Positions 1 through 8,996 of a stretch of DNA of 63,766 bases are shown one piece after another. The position numbers and the translations under genes were made by a program. Source of the DNA: an uncultured Verrucomicrobia subdivision 3 bacterium (GTDB lineage Bacteria > Verrucomicrobiota > Verrucomicrobiia > Limisphaerales > UBA11358); NCBI GenBank assembly GCA_903820285.1, contig CAIJGS010000008.1, positions 1-63,766 on the forward strand, in the 5' to 3' direction. Within the stretch, counting starts at the first letter, position 1. The number at the start of each line of letters is the position of its first letter. The notes beneath the pieces are model-generated. The model worked only from the letters and a program-made list of their open reading frames with translations, did not search any database and was not told where the DNA came from.

Positions 1-1677
1 CAGATACGGCACCTCATTGCGTCCCCGCAACTGGAGCAGCGGGTCGCCTGAACCGCTTTGGCAAAAACTTTGATTAACAATCCACGCGAACGGCTCGATC
101 TGCGCCCGCCGCAAATCATCCTGCAACATGGCCGCCTCATGCACGGGCGTCGCCTCGGGTAAAGTCACAATCAGCACCCGCGTGAACCGGCCATCGCGCA
201 ACCGGGGCAGCAGGTTCAGAACTTCACCGGGAATATTGCCGGCCTTGCGCCCCACTTCCCGATGGTAAGCCTCGGTGGCATCCAGCAGCAACAGCGTGTG
301 TCCGGTAGGCGCGGTGTCCAATACCACAAAGGCGTCCTCGCCCTGGGCCACCGTGCGGGCAAAGGCGCGAAACACCGCGATTTCCTCCGTGCACGGCGAC
401 CGCAAATCCTCCGCCAGCAACGCCCGACCGCTCGCATCAAGCTCCTTCCCGGCAGTGGCCATGACGGATTCGACATACACCCGCGTCTCGGCCACCGGAT
501 CAATCCGGCTCACCTGCAACCCCACTACCTGCCCGACCGCCGCCGCAACATGCGCCGCCGGATCGGTGGTGCTCAAATGCACTCTGGCCCCGCGCCGGGC
601 CAGTTCGGTGGCAATGGCGGCGGCAATCGTGGTTTTGCCCACCCCGCCTTTACCCATGGTCATGATTACCCCATGGCCAACCGCCATCAGTTCATCCACC
701 AACGCAATGAAACTTTCCTGCGTCGGCCAAGGCCTCTCAACATCTGATGATGGTAAGGCAACTGGCACCGCCGCCTGGCTGACCAGGGCGCGCAAGGCAG
801 CTATCCCCACCAGATTATTTGGCCGCAACGGCACCTTGAAAACCGGCAGCGTCGCGAGAAATTCCCCTTTCAAAGCCATTGCCAGCCGCCCCCGCCGTTC
901 CAAGGCCAGTGCCAGCGGATCCACTCCCGCCGCGCGAAAAAGTCCATTGAGAATCAGTTTCTGATTCCGGATACCCAAATGCCCCAGCTCTCCACCGGTA
1001 CGCTCCGCTTCGTTCAGTGCGCTGATCTGGGCGCGACTCACCAGCACCAGCGTGGTGCGAAGCGCATCCGCCAGCACCGCCACCGAATTTTCATAAATGG
1101 TCCGCTGCTGGGCCAACCCCGCCAGCGGACCGAGGCAGGATGCCCCGCTGGTGCTGTTCTGGAGAAAGCCCGTCCACGCACCCGGCAATGACAGCAGCCG
1201 CAGCGTGTGCCCGGTAGGCGCGGTATCGAAAATGACATGATCAAACCCGGCGGTGGCCTCGGGCAGACCGAGCAACCGGGAGAACTCATCAAAAGCCGCA
1301 ATTTCCATGGTGCAGGCCCCGGAAAGCTGCTCTTCCATACTGCGAATCACCGAGTCTGGCAATTGGCCGCGATAAGGTCCCACCAGTTTTTCGCGATACG
1401 CCAGCGCCGCCGCCTGCGGATCCACATTCAAGGCAAACAGTCCCGGCACCCCAGGCACGACGGTGGGTGCGGGACTCAACGTCACGCCCAAAACCTCATC
1501 CAGATTGGAAGCGGGATCGGTGCTCACGAGCAGCACCCGCCGCTGGCGGTCAGCCAAGGCAATGGCCGAGGTGCAGGCGAGCGACGTTTTGCCCACGCCA
1601 CCTTTGCCGGTGAAAAACAGGAAGCGGGTGGGCGCGGCCAGAAAGGCGGCGAGTGACGGTTCAGCGGGCAGATTCAT
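1..1677 (-). CDS. arsA: Arsenite-stimulated ATPase ArsA (N-terminal 559 codons; 3' end runs off the left window edge)
   Basis: Absent from the supplied ORF track because it has no stop inside the window. Minus-strand reading from ATG at 1677 gives [64 protein letters not shown] (first P-loop). A second P-loop, TMGKGGVGKTTIAAAIATEL, is encoded at about 600-660. I walked the frame triplet by triplet from 1677 to 1 and found no in-frame stop. The start overlaps the arsD stop (ATGA). Confidence 0.9.
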   Translation of the reverse strand, partial: MNLPAEPSLAAFLAAPTRFLFFTGKGGVGKTSLACTSAIALADRQRRVLLVSTDPASNLDEVLGVTLSPAPTVVPGVPGLFALNVDPQAAALAYREKLVGPYRGQLPDSVIRSMEEQLSGACTMEIAAFDEFSRLLGLPEATAGFDHVIFDTAPTGHTLRLLSLPGAWTGFLQNSTSGASCLGPLAGLAQQRTIYENSVAVLADALRTTLVLVSRAQISALNEAERTGGELGHLGIRNQKLILNGLFRAAGVDPLALALERRGRLAMALKGEFLATLPVFKVPLRPNNLVGIAALRALVSQAAVPVALPSSDVERPWPTQESFIALVDELMAVGHGVIMTMGKGGVGKTTIAAAIATELARRGARVHLSTTDPAAHVAAAVGQVVGLQVSRIDPVAETRVYVESVMATAGKELDASGRALLAEDLRSPCTEEIAVFRAFARTVAQGEDAFVVLDTAPTGHTLLLLDATEAYHREVGRKAGNIPGEVLNLLPRLRDGRFTRVLIVTLPEATPVHEAAMLQDDLRRAQIEPFAWIVNQSFCQSGSGDPLLQLRGRNEVPYL

Positions 1678-2051
1678 CAGCTGCATGCCCCGGCACAACC
1701 GCAACCGGTTGATCCGGTCGTCGGGGTGATACCCGCTTTCAAATTCAGCCAGTCCGCCAATTCTTTGCGTTCCGGATAACGGCCCGTCGCCAGCATCCGG
1801 CCATTGAGCAGCAGGATGGGCAAGGCCCCCTCCCCTTTCTCCGCCAAGGCGATCCGCACGGCTTCCGCCGCCACAAAAGCGCCCGGATTTTGCGAAAGCC
1901 CGTGACGTTGCACGATGATTCCCTGCGTCTTTAGCCAGTCCAGATCGCTGGCAAACTGCACGAGCGCGGGGTCAACCCCCGGTCCGCAAACCCCGGTGGT
2001 ACAGCACATGGCCGGGTCGAATACCTGGAGACTTTGGGTGGGCAGATTCAT
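1677..2051 (-). CDS. arsD: Arsenic metallochaperone / trans-acting repressor ArsD
   Basis: 124 aa. N-terminal [13 protein letters not shown] (Cys12/13/18 As(III)-binding motif) and C-terminal CGCAGAC cysteine pairs. Has 4-nt overlaps with arsC upstream and arsA downstream. Confidence 0.9.
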   Translation of the reverse strand: MNLPTQSLQVFDPAMCCTTGVCGPGVDPALVQFASDLDWLKTQGIIVQRHGLSQNPGAFVAAEAVRIALAEKGEGALPILLLNGRMLATGRYPERKELADWLNLKAGITPTTGSTGCGCAGACS

Positions 2052-2509
2052 ACGGCCTTGAGAGAACGTTTCGCCTCGTCACGACGACCGGCGGCATAAG
2101 CTTCAAAAACCATTTTGATTTCATCGCGCACACGGCGGAACACCGTCAGCTTTTCCTCGTCCGTGCCCGTGGCGTGGGCGGGATCATAAAAGCCCCAGTG
2201 ATACCGGTTCAACTGACCCGGAAACATCGGGCACGCCTGATCCGCATTGCCACACACCGTCACCACCGTCTCGACCTCCTGTTGCAGAAAATCGTTCATG
2301 TGCTTGGAATGATGGCTGGAAATATCCAGGCCGATTTCCTGCATGACTTGAATGGCCAGCGGATGCACATAGCCGGCAGGTTTGGAGCCGGCGCTCTGGA
2401 CGTTAAGAGTTTCCCCGGCGACGGCGCGTAAAATGCCTTCGGCCAGGTGGCTGCGGCAGGAGTTGCCGGTGCAAAGAATCAAAACGGTGGGTTTGGTATC
2501 AGGGTTCAT
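2048..2509 (-). CDS. arsC: Arsenate reductase, LMW-PTP (thioredoxin-coupled) type
   Basis: 153 aa. [16 protein letters not shown] (CX5R phosphatase loop) plus the [10 protein letters not shown] cysteine pair typical of Trx-coupled ArsC. Overlaps the channel gene stop by 4 nt. Confidence 0.9.
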   Translation of the reverse strand: MNPDTKPTVLILCTGNSCRSHLAEGILRAVAGETLNVQSAGSKPAGYVHPLAIQVMQEIGLDISSHHSKHMNDFLQQEVETVVTVCGNADQACPMFPGQLNRYHWGFYDPAHATGTDEEKLTVFRRVRDEIKMVFEAYAAGRRDEAKRSLKAV

Positions 2510-3180
2510 TGGATTTTTTTGGAGGTAGAATTACAGCAGCAATCTTCACGGATGCAAATGCAGGCCAGCACCGCCGTTGCCGCCCCCAGTACCGGGGCGA
2601 GCAAATAAATCCACAGATCCGCCAGCCGCCCGGACAGAACCGCCGGTGCCAGCGAACGGAAAGGATTCATTGAGGCCCCGCAAATGGGACCGGCAAACAT
2701 CGCTTCCAGACCAATCACCGCGCCCACCGCAATGCCCGCCGTGATGCCTTTTTCCTTGGAACCCGTGGAGACGTTCAAGATGACCAGCATCAACAGAAAC
2801 GTCAGAATGTATTCCAAAATAAAACTTTGCAGCCATGGCCCGGCCGGATGCGTCCCGCCCAAATTCTGATTCGCCGGGAACAGTAATTTTAAAACCAAAC
2901 TGGCCAGCAAGGCACCGGCCAGCTGGGCCAGCAGATAACGCCAGACTTCGCCCGCCGGAAAACGCCGCGCCAGCCAGAACCCCAAGGTCACCGCCGGGTT
3001 CAAGTGTGCACCGCTGACATCCCCCAGCGTGTAAATCATCGCCAGCACAATCAGGCCAAACGTCAGGGCAATGCCCACGTGGGTGATGACACCACCCGAC
3101 GTCTCATTGATGACAATCGCGCCCGTGCCCGCAAACACCAGGGCAAACGTGCCGATAAATTCCGCCGCCAATTTGCGCAT
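2506..3180 (-). CDS. MIP/aquaporin-family channel inside the ars operon (AqpS/NIP-like candidate As(III) channel)
   Basis: 224 aa with about 6 hydrophobic spans. First box is [11 protein letters not shown]. The second box reads SMNPFRS (NPF, not NPA; checked against DNA at 2659-2667). C-terminal tail is [19 protein letters not shown]. Confidence 0.85.
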   Translation of the reverse strand: MRKLAAEFIGTFALVFAGTGAIVINETSGGVITHVGIALTFGLIVLAMIYTLGDVSGAHLNPAVTLGFWLARRFPAGEVWRYLLAQLAGALLASLVLKLLFPANQNLGGTHPAGPWLQSFILEYILTFLLMLVILNVSTGSKEKGITAGIAVGAVIGLEAMFAGPICGASMNPFRSLAPAVLSGRLADLWIYLLAPVLGAATAVLACICIREDCCCNSTSKKIQ

Positions 3181-3194
3181 AAAATTAAAAATGA

Positions 3195-3307
3195 TTTAAC
3201 CGCAAAGAACGCGGAGAGCACAAAGATGAAGCCACTGTGCGACTACCGATGCCATGGCTGTTCGCAAGTAATTGCCCTATGTGATCTTTGTGTTCTTTGC
3301 GGTTAAA
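3195..3307. repeat. REP-like inverted repeat between arsR and the channel gene
   Basis: Left arm TTTAACCGCAAAGAAC[GCGGAGAG]CACAAAGAT (3195-3227). The right arm at 3284-3307 is the reverse complement, TTTAACCGCAAAGAACACAAAGAT. The spacer is about 56 nt. Confidence 0.8.
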
Positions 3308-3317
3308 TTTCCAGTCC

Positions 3318-3680
3318 TCAGCAACACTGCCGGCGGCTGATTTTTTTGGCATCCATCTTCAAAATCTTTTGCATCTGGCGGGCATCGCGGACCGCTTCCG
3401 CCGACGTTGCCAGCGACCGCTGCACCCAGGCCAGCGCCTCCCCGACGGTCACTGATGCCGGCTTTTCCGGCAGCCGGTAATAGACCCAGCGTTCCGCCTT
3501 GCGCGAGAGCACCAGCCCGGCCTGCTCCAGAATCGACAGATGTTTCGACACGGTGGACGGGGCAAAGCCCAGCAGCTCGGTAAGCTGGCAGACACAGAGT
3601 TCGCCCGGGCGCAACGCCAGCAGCACGCGCACCCGGCTTTCGTCCGCCAGGGCCTTGGTGATGCCAATGAATTCACGCAT
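3318..3680 (-). CDS. arsR: ArsR/SmtB-family metalloregulator
   Basis: ORF track gives 3318..3740. The likely start is Met21 (ATG at 3680): MREFIGITKALADESRVRVLLALRPGELCVCQLTELLGFAPSTVSKHLSILEQAGLV. This has the ELCVCxL metalloid site and a winged HTH. Confidence 0.85.
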   Translation of the reverse strand: MREFIGITKALADESRVRVLLALRPGELCVCQLTELLGFAPSTVSKHLSILEQAGLVLSRKAERWVYYRLPEKPASVTVGEALAWVQRSLATSAEAVRDARQMQKILKMDAKKISRRQCC

Positions 3681-3690
3681 ATTATTTCTT

Positions 3691-3710
3691 ATTTCGCCAA
3701 ATGACGAAAT
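3691..3710. promoter_or_regulatory. Candidate ArsR operator dyad upstream of arsR
   Basis: ATTTCG-N8-CGAAAT inverted repeat (atttcgccaaatgacgaaat), 11 nt upstream of the proposed arsR start. Position and symmetry are the only evidence. Confidence 0.3.
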
Positions 3711-3747
3711 GAAAATGGCATGTTCCCATATGGCTGTCAAGTCAATG

Positions 3748-3772
3748 AAAAAAACGGCCTCACGGGGCCGGG
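3748..3772 (-). terminator. Rho-independent terminator after the TPR-sulfotransferase gene
   Basis: Minus-sense sequence is TAATCAGC-CCGGCC-CCGTGA-GGCCG-TTTTTTT: a GC stem followed by a 7-T run directly after the stop at 3777. Confidence 0.55.
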
Positions 3773-3776
3773 CTGA

Positions 3777-5519
3777 TTAAACCGCCACCCCGGCGGCCAG
3801 CAATGCTTCCTTCAGCGGGCCAAGGTGCGCTTCATAATGCCGCCACCGGCCAAGCGAACGGCGGTAGATCGGCTGACGCACCTGCCAGTGGCTGGCGGTA
3901 TCAACTGCGCAGGGATTCGTATGCGGTGCCAGACACTTTTCATCCCAACCCAGCCCAAGAAATTCCAGCGCCCGCCGCGCCGTATGCTCCGTCCGCAACA
4001 CCATGTCTTCGTACCCAATCTCCAGCATGTTCAGACCTGGCAGGTTCCGCCAATGCGCCATGAGCCGGGCATATTCCCCGTAGAAATGGCCGATGTTCCG
4101 CAGGTCAAAAGCATAGTCCAGCCGCAGCGGAAAGCGCTGGAAATAGTTGGAGAGCCCGGTATCCAAAGGATGCCGCGTGCAATGGATGATCCGCGCCCGG
4201 GGAAACAGCATGGCAATGAGCCCCAGATTCCGGAAATTGAGCGGGTTCTTGTCAATGACATGGCGGGCATCCGGCCGGGCGTCCCGGTGCAGCCAGGCCA
4301 GATATTCACGGATGTGGCGGTCGGCCAGGATCGGCGTCACCTGTCGCGCCGCCGCCGGAAAGGGCGCGCCGCCGCCGGCAAACTCCTGCCAGTGGGTGGT
4401 GACATCTGTCAGGGCCGACAATTCGCCGGCCGTGGCAATGGCGGAATGATTCGAAAGCATGCTGGCCAAAAGGGTCGTGCCCGAACGCGGCATCCCGACA
4501 ATGAACAAAGGCGACCGGTCAGCCGACGCAAAGGTAAACGGCTGCCTCAGAAAATCCCGGCTGAACACCTCGATGATGCCATCGGTGAACCGTGTCACCT
4601 GCCCGGGATCATAGGCAACGAGACCGTTGCGAATCCGGTTGGCCTGGCGGTAACATTCAAATGCCTCTTCGTGCCGGTTCCCATCATCGCAAATTTTGCC
4701 CAGCGCAAAGAGCAAATGTTCCCGGTCATCCGGCGTTCCTCCCGGTTGATTCAGCAAAAGGCGGATGCGTGCCAAATCGGCGGCACCATCCTTTTCATAG
4801 TGCCGGATGCTCGTGAGATTAAACCAGGCGGCGGGAAAATCCGGCTTCATTTCCAGCGCCTGGCGAAACATCCCTTCCGCACCCGCCATCTCCCCCTGGC
4901 TGGCCAGCACCAACCCGCGGTTGTTAAGGGCTTCCGCGTGCCCGGGGGCGAGCTCGAGCACCCGGTCATAACTGGCCAGAGCCTCGCCATACCGCTTCAT
5001 TTCCTGCAGCAAGACACCCCGGTTGTTATGTGCTTCGACATGGCCGGGCTTGAGGGCGATGGCCAGGTCGTATTCGGCCAGAGCCTCCCCGTACCGGTTC
5101 AGTTTTTTGAGGGTCAATCCCCGGTTATAATGAGCATTGGCATAATCGGGCTTGAGGGCAACAGCCTGATCGTAGCAGGCGAGCGCCTCCTCATAGCGGT
5201 GTAGTTTCTGGAGTACCACGCCCCGGTTATTGTGGCCTTCGGCATAATCCGGGATATGGACCAGCAAGCGCCGGTAGATCTCCGCCGCCGCCGCGAAATT
5301 TCCGAGCTGATGCTCGTGCTGGGCTCGGGCGTCCGCCTCGGCAATGCGCAGCCATCGCTCCTGGCCGCGAATGGCAGGCTTGGGCCGGGCCGGCGGCTGG
5401 TTCTGACGCGAGGGCAAAAAATTCATCGTCCAAAACAATCCGCAAGGTTCAGTTTGACCAACCGGCCCCCCGGACGCAGGGCCGTACAACCGGGCCTGCC
5501 GAAACCGGAGCAAGCGCAC
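3777..5519 (-). CDS. TPR-repeat protein with C-terminal sulfotransferase domain
   Basis: About 7 TPR units (AEGHNNRGVVLQKLHRYEEALACYDQAVALKPDYANAHYNRG...), then FIVGMPRSGTTLLASMLSNHS (PAPS-binding 5'-PSB-like loop). An alternative start is Met32 (ATG at 5426). Confidence 0.75.
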   Translation of the reverse strand: MRLLRFRQARLYGPASGGPVGQTEPCGLFWTMNFLPSRQNQPPARPKPAIRGQERWLRIAEADARAQHEHQLGNFAAAAEIYRRLLVHIPDYAEGHNNRGVVLQKLHRYEEALACYDQAVALKPDYANAHYNRGLTLKKLNRYGEALAEYDLAIALKPGHVEAHNNRGVLLQEMKRYGEALASYDRVLELAPGHAEALNNRGLVLASQGEMAGAEGMFRQALEMKPDFPAAWFNLTSIRHYEKDGAADLARIRLLLNQPGGTPDDREHLLFALGKICDDGNRHEEAFECYRQANRIRNGLVAYDPGQVTRFTDGIIEVFSRDFLRQPFTFASADRSPLFIVGMPRSGTTLLASMLSNHSAIATAGELSALTDVTTHWQEFAGGGAPFPAAARQVTPILADRHIREYLAWLHRDARPDARHVIDKNPLNFRNLGLIAMLFPRARIIHCTRHPLDTGLSNYFQRFPLRLDYAFDLRNIGHFYGEYARLMAHWRNLPGLNMLEIGYEDMVLRTEHTARRALEFLGLGWDEKCLAPHTNPCAVDTASHWQVRQPIYRRSLGRWRHYEAHLGPLKEALLAAGVAV

Positions 5520-5788
5520 ATTCAGGCAGATAATCCATCGCTATCATGCTTAGCATCAGGGTTTAATTATTCCAAACTATCACGACTCGGCCTGACCGCA
5601 ACTGGATGAATAAATTTTAATGGGATGTTAATGAAGCCGCCAGGACGGCACGGAATACGGCGGAAAATGACCTGGAAAGAGGCGGGATTCACGGGGCGTC
5701 CCAGGCGAATCGCGGGACCGATTCAGCCCAGCCGGAGCGGAGTCCGGGCAGCCGTGCTGTCCCAAATTTCCGCGACGGACAGGGCCGC

Positions 5789-8776
5789 TTATTTTTTCAG
5801 CGAGCCGGCCGGGTTCAGCCGGGCAATGGGAACTTTCATCTGCACCACCGTGCCGCCAGCGGGCCCGGGTCCGATCTCAAATTCGCCATGCACATCCTGC
5901 AGCCGGCGCCGCATGTTTTTCAACCCGTTGCGGAGGGTTTTCCGCGAGACATCCCCCACCCCCCGACCGTTGTCGGCCACACTCAGAATGAAGCAGTCCG
6001 TCTCCAGCTGCAGTTTCACCCGGGCCTCGGTCGCCTGCGCATGCTTCACCACATTGTTTACCGCTTCCTTATAGGCCAGAAAAACGTTGTGTCGCACTTC
6101 CGGCAAAATCGGCACGGGCGGCAGCTGCGTCGGCAATTCGGCACGATAGCTGACTCCCGCCAGCGCAAAGTAATCCTGCGCATATTTGCAGGCATAATTG
6201 GCCAGCCCTTCCAGCGTGTCGTTGGAGGGATTCACCGCCCACACGATTTCATCAAGCGACCGCGTGGTCTCGCGGGCAGTCGCACAGATCTGCTGGGCAT
6301 GCTGCTCGATTTCGCCGGGCAGCTCCTTGTCCATTTCCGCCATCTCGCCCAGCAAGGTCACCTGGGTCAGATTCGCGCCAATCTGGTCGTGCAAATCCCT
6401 GGCAATGCGCGCCCGTTCCTTTTCTATCAATTCCTTCTGATGCAATTGCCGCAACTCGCGTTTCAGCTTGGCGGTGGAAACGAGATAAATCGTCCCCGCC
6501 AGCAGGACCAGCACCGTCAGCGTCACAAAAACAATGAACGACCGCGTCTGCCAGAACGGCGGCTGTACTGTGATCTCCAGCGTGGCCCCGGTATTGTTCC
6601 ACGCGCCATCCTCATTGCAGGCGATGACGTGAAAATGGTAGTCACCCGGGGACAGCCGGTTGAAATGCACCACGCGCTCGCCACCATCCACTTCCGTCCA
6701 GTTCTTGTCCCGCGGTTGCAGCTGCCATTTAAACCGTGCGCCGGACCGCGCATTCTTCGGCGCGGAAAAATTCAGGCTCGTGAAATGAATTTCCAGCTGC
6801 TCCGCCCCCGGTTTCAGCGTCACCGAGCCGGCCCAGCTGGAACTCAATAGATTTTTCTTTTGCGGCACCCCATCCACCGAAACCGCCTCGATGACCACGG
6901 TCGGCGGCCGCGGATTCAGGCGCAACTCCGCTGGGTCCAGCGACACTAATCCCTTAGTGGTGGGAAACCACAACCGCCCGTCGTGGGTGCGAATGGCCGC
7001 CGGCTGCGCCCCGGCGGAGCATTCACGCGTCAGAAAAATCCGGCACGAAACTTTTTTGGTCGGGTCCGCCGTCGCCTCAAAGAGCGAGCCCTCATCCACC
7101 CGCATCAGGCCCTCATACGTGCCAATCCAGAGATTCGTGGCGTCATCCTCGACCAGATAGCCGACATCATCCGCCGCCAACCCGTTGAACGAAGAGCAGC
7201 GCTGCCACCGCCCGTCCACCATCCATGCCAGCCCATGACCCGAAGACCCGGCCCACAACACCCCGTTCCGCCCCGCCAGCAGGCACGACACATCCTTGAC
7301 CGGCACGTCGGCGGGAAAGCATTTATCACCCAGCAGGGTATACAGTCCCCCACCCTCGGCCGCCACCCAGAGGTTGCCGTGATCATCCTCCGCCAGCGCA
7401 TGCGCCCCGCCGATCGGCAGGCCATTGCGCTGGTCATAGGTGGACCATTTGCCGTGATCATAACATCCCAGCCCATTCTGGGCCCCCACCCAAACCTTGC
7501 CATCCCGGCTTTGGAACAGGGCAAATATCTGCGCGCCCAATCCATTCGTGTCCGGTACCGGCAGGAAGCCGCCGTTCGCAAATTGAAACAATCCCTCCCC
7601 CGCCGTGCCCGCCCAAACCCGCTGTTCGGCATCCACCAGTACGGACCACGGCCGGGAACTGTGACCGCTTTGGCCGATGTCAAAGTGGCGGACAGAATTG
7701 GTCAGATAATATGTCAGCCCGCGCAGATTAAAACTCGTCCACAACCCGCCTTGGACATCCTCTGACACCGAAAGCGCCACGCCATCCGCCAATCCCGGCG
7801 GCGAGGTGAAAACCCTTTTCCGCAGCCGGTCAATCCCGCCCGTATCCGTTCCCACCCAGATATCCCCTTCGCGATCCGCGCACAGCGCCAGCACATAGTT
7901 GTAGGAAAGCCCTTCGTTCACCGTAATGTGATGACTCGTGCCATCCGGCGCAAACCAGTAAACCCCCGACCCCAGCGTGCCTACCACCAGATTGCCATCA
8001 TTATCTACGCAGGCCGCCGTGATATTCGCATCAAATGGCACCTGCACCGCCCCACCATCCGGCTGCCGGTAGGTGGCATATACCGGCGAATTCGTCCACG
8101 GACAGCGACCATAATCCTGGAGCACCCGGTCGCCGTGCGCCTTGACCACCCGCCCGTTCTGTAAAACCCAGGTATTGCCATCCTTCCCCGGCACCAGCAA
8201 ATGAAAGACCCGGTAATAAAGATTCACCGGAAAACTGGCCGGAGAAATGTCCAGCACCCCGTACCGGGCGCAAATGAACCGGCCCGACTCGCTGCAAAAC
8301 CAGACCGTGCCCGCTTCATCCTCCGTCGCAAAAATGACCCGACCACCCGCCAGCCCCGGATTCAGCTTCTGCACCACCCCATTTTTCACCACACACAGCC
8401 CGCCGTTGTCCGTGCCCACCCACAAATTCGTCGCACTGTCCTCAAAGAGAAACACCACCTTGTTGTTCGGCAAATCCGGAACATTGTTGACGTTGAAGCG
8501 TGTGAATGTGCTGCCATCAAACCGCACCAACCCGTTCAGCGTCCCCAGCCAGAGATAACCGTCATGCGTCTGCACCAGCGCAATGACCGAACTTTGTGAC
8601 AGCCCGTCTGCCGTACTCCAGGAATCCACGATGAACGGCGACTCCCCGGTTGACCCGTCCGCCTTCAGGGTGGACACGCCAAAACCGCTGGCGACCAGCC
8701 AGGCGCACACTACCAGGCCATGGGATATTTTATTCAGCACGCTCAAGTTCGCCGACAGCATAAACGCTGGGGGCAA
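5789..8776 (-). CDS. Sensor histidine kinase with periplasmic two-component-regulator propeller repeats and Y_Y_Y domain (HisKA_3 + HATPase_c)
   Basis: 995 aa. Repeated ...DGxLWxGTxxGL... propeller motifs, one TM after the Y_Y_Y-like region (YHFHVIACNEDGAWN), the H-box ARDLHDQIGANLT, and a C-terminal ATPase with DNGRGV. No response regulator is adjacent. Confidence 0.85.
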   Translation of the reverse strand: MPPAFMLSANLSVLNKISHGLVVCAWLVASGFGVSTLKADGSTGESPFIVDSWSTADGLSQSSVIALVQTHDGYLWLGTLNGLVRFDGSTFTRFNVNNVPDLPNNKVVFLFEDSATNLWVGTDNGGLCVVKNGVVQKLNPGLAGGRVIFATEDEAGTVWFCSESGRFICARYGVLDISPASFPVNLYYRVFHLLVPGKDGNTWVLQNGRVVKAHGDRVLQDYGRCPWTNSPVYATYRQPDGGAVQVPFDANITAACVDNDGNLVVGTLGSGVYWFAPDGTSHHITVNEGLSYNYVLALCADREGDIWVGTDTGGIDRLRKRVFTSPPGLADGVALSVSEDVQGGLWTSFNLRGLTYYLTNSVRHFDIGQSGHSSRPWSVLVDAEQRVWAGTAGEGLFQFANGGFLPVPDTNGLGAQIFALFQSRDGKVWVGAQNGLGCYDHGKWSTYDQRNGLPIGGAHALAEDDHGNLWVAAEGGGLYTLLGDKCFPADVPVKDVSCLLAGRNGVLWAGSSGHGLAWMVDGRWQRCSSFNGLAADDVGYLVEDDATNLWIGTYEGLMRVDEGSLFEATADPTKKVSCRIFLTRECSAGAQPAAIRTHDGRLWFPTTKGLVSLDPAELRLNPRPPTVVIEAVSVDGVPQKKNLLSSSWAGSVTLKPGAEQLEIHFTSLNFSAPKNARSGARFKWQLQPRDKNWTEVDGGERVVHFNRLSPGDYHFHVIACNEDGAWNNTGATLEITVQPPFWQTRSFIVFVTLTVLVLLAGTIYLVSTAKLKRELRQLHQKELIEKERARIARDLHDQIGANLTQVTLLGEMAEMDKELPGEIEQHAQQICATARETTRSLDEIVWAVNPSNDTLEGLANYACKYAQDYFALAGVSYRAELPTQLPPVPILPEVRHNVFLAYKEAVNNVVKHAQATEARVKLQLETDCFILSVADNGRGVGDVSRKTLRNGLKNMRRRLQDVHGEFEIGPGPAGGTVVQMKVPIARLNPAGSLKK

Positions 8777-8885
8777 AACAGGGAAAATAATTTTCAGAAA
8801 ACACTTGCGGCAATGGGCGGATGGGCTAGGGTTTAACTGCCCTTGAGAACGGGTGCTCTGTTTTTCCTGTTTGAAAAACGGGCTT

Positions 8886-8924
8886 CGGCGGGTCTGATTT
8901 TCTTACCGTGTGTCAGGCCCGCCG
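8886..8924 (-). terminator. Hairpin downstream of the SDR gene
   Basis: CGGCGGGTCTGA / TCAGGCCCGCCG form a 12-bp stem (one G-U) with a 15-nt loop. T-rich tracts lie on both sides. It sits 73 nt after the SDR stop. Confidence 0.4.
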
Positions 8925-8996
8925 ATTTATTTTTCCGGACCGGTCGTATTTGCAACTGGCGGAATGATTTGGGGCTGAATTCCATTACAAGATGGC

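Noticed and set aside
3825-5204. Long antisense ORFs opposite recognised genes. Examples: 3825..5204 (+), 16363..17487 (+), 19355..20335 (-), 22474..23763 (+), 24825..26015 (-), 39770..40735 (+), 52467..53609 (+), 59340..60386 (+), 60794..61672 (+).
   Set aside because: Their translations are Arg/Gly/His/Pro-rich low-complexity strings with no recognisable motifs. The opposite strand in each case encodes a clearly identifiable protein (TPR-sulfotransferase, HK, RmuC, MFS, enolase, STK2, SH3 protein, TsaD, S41 protease). Long shadow ORFs are expected in about 60% GC DNA.
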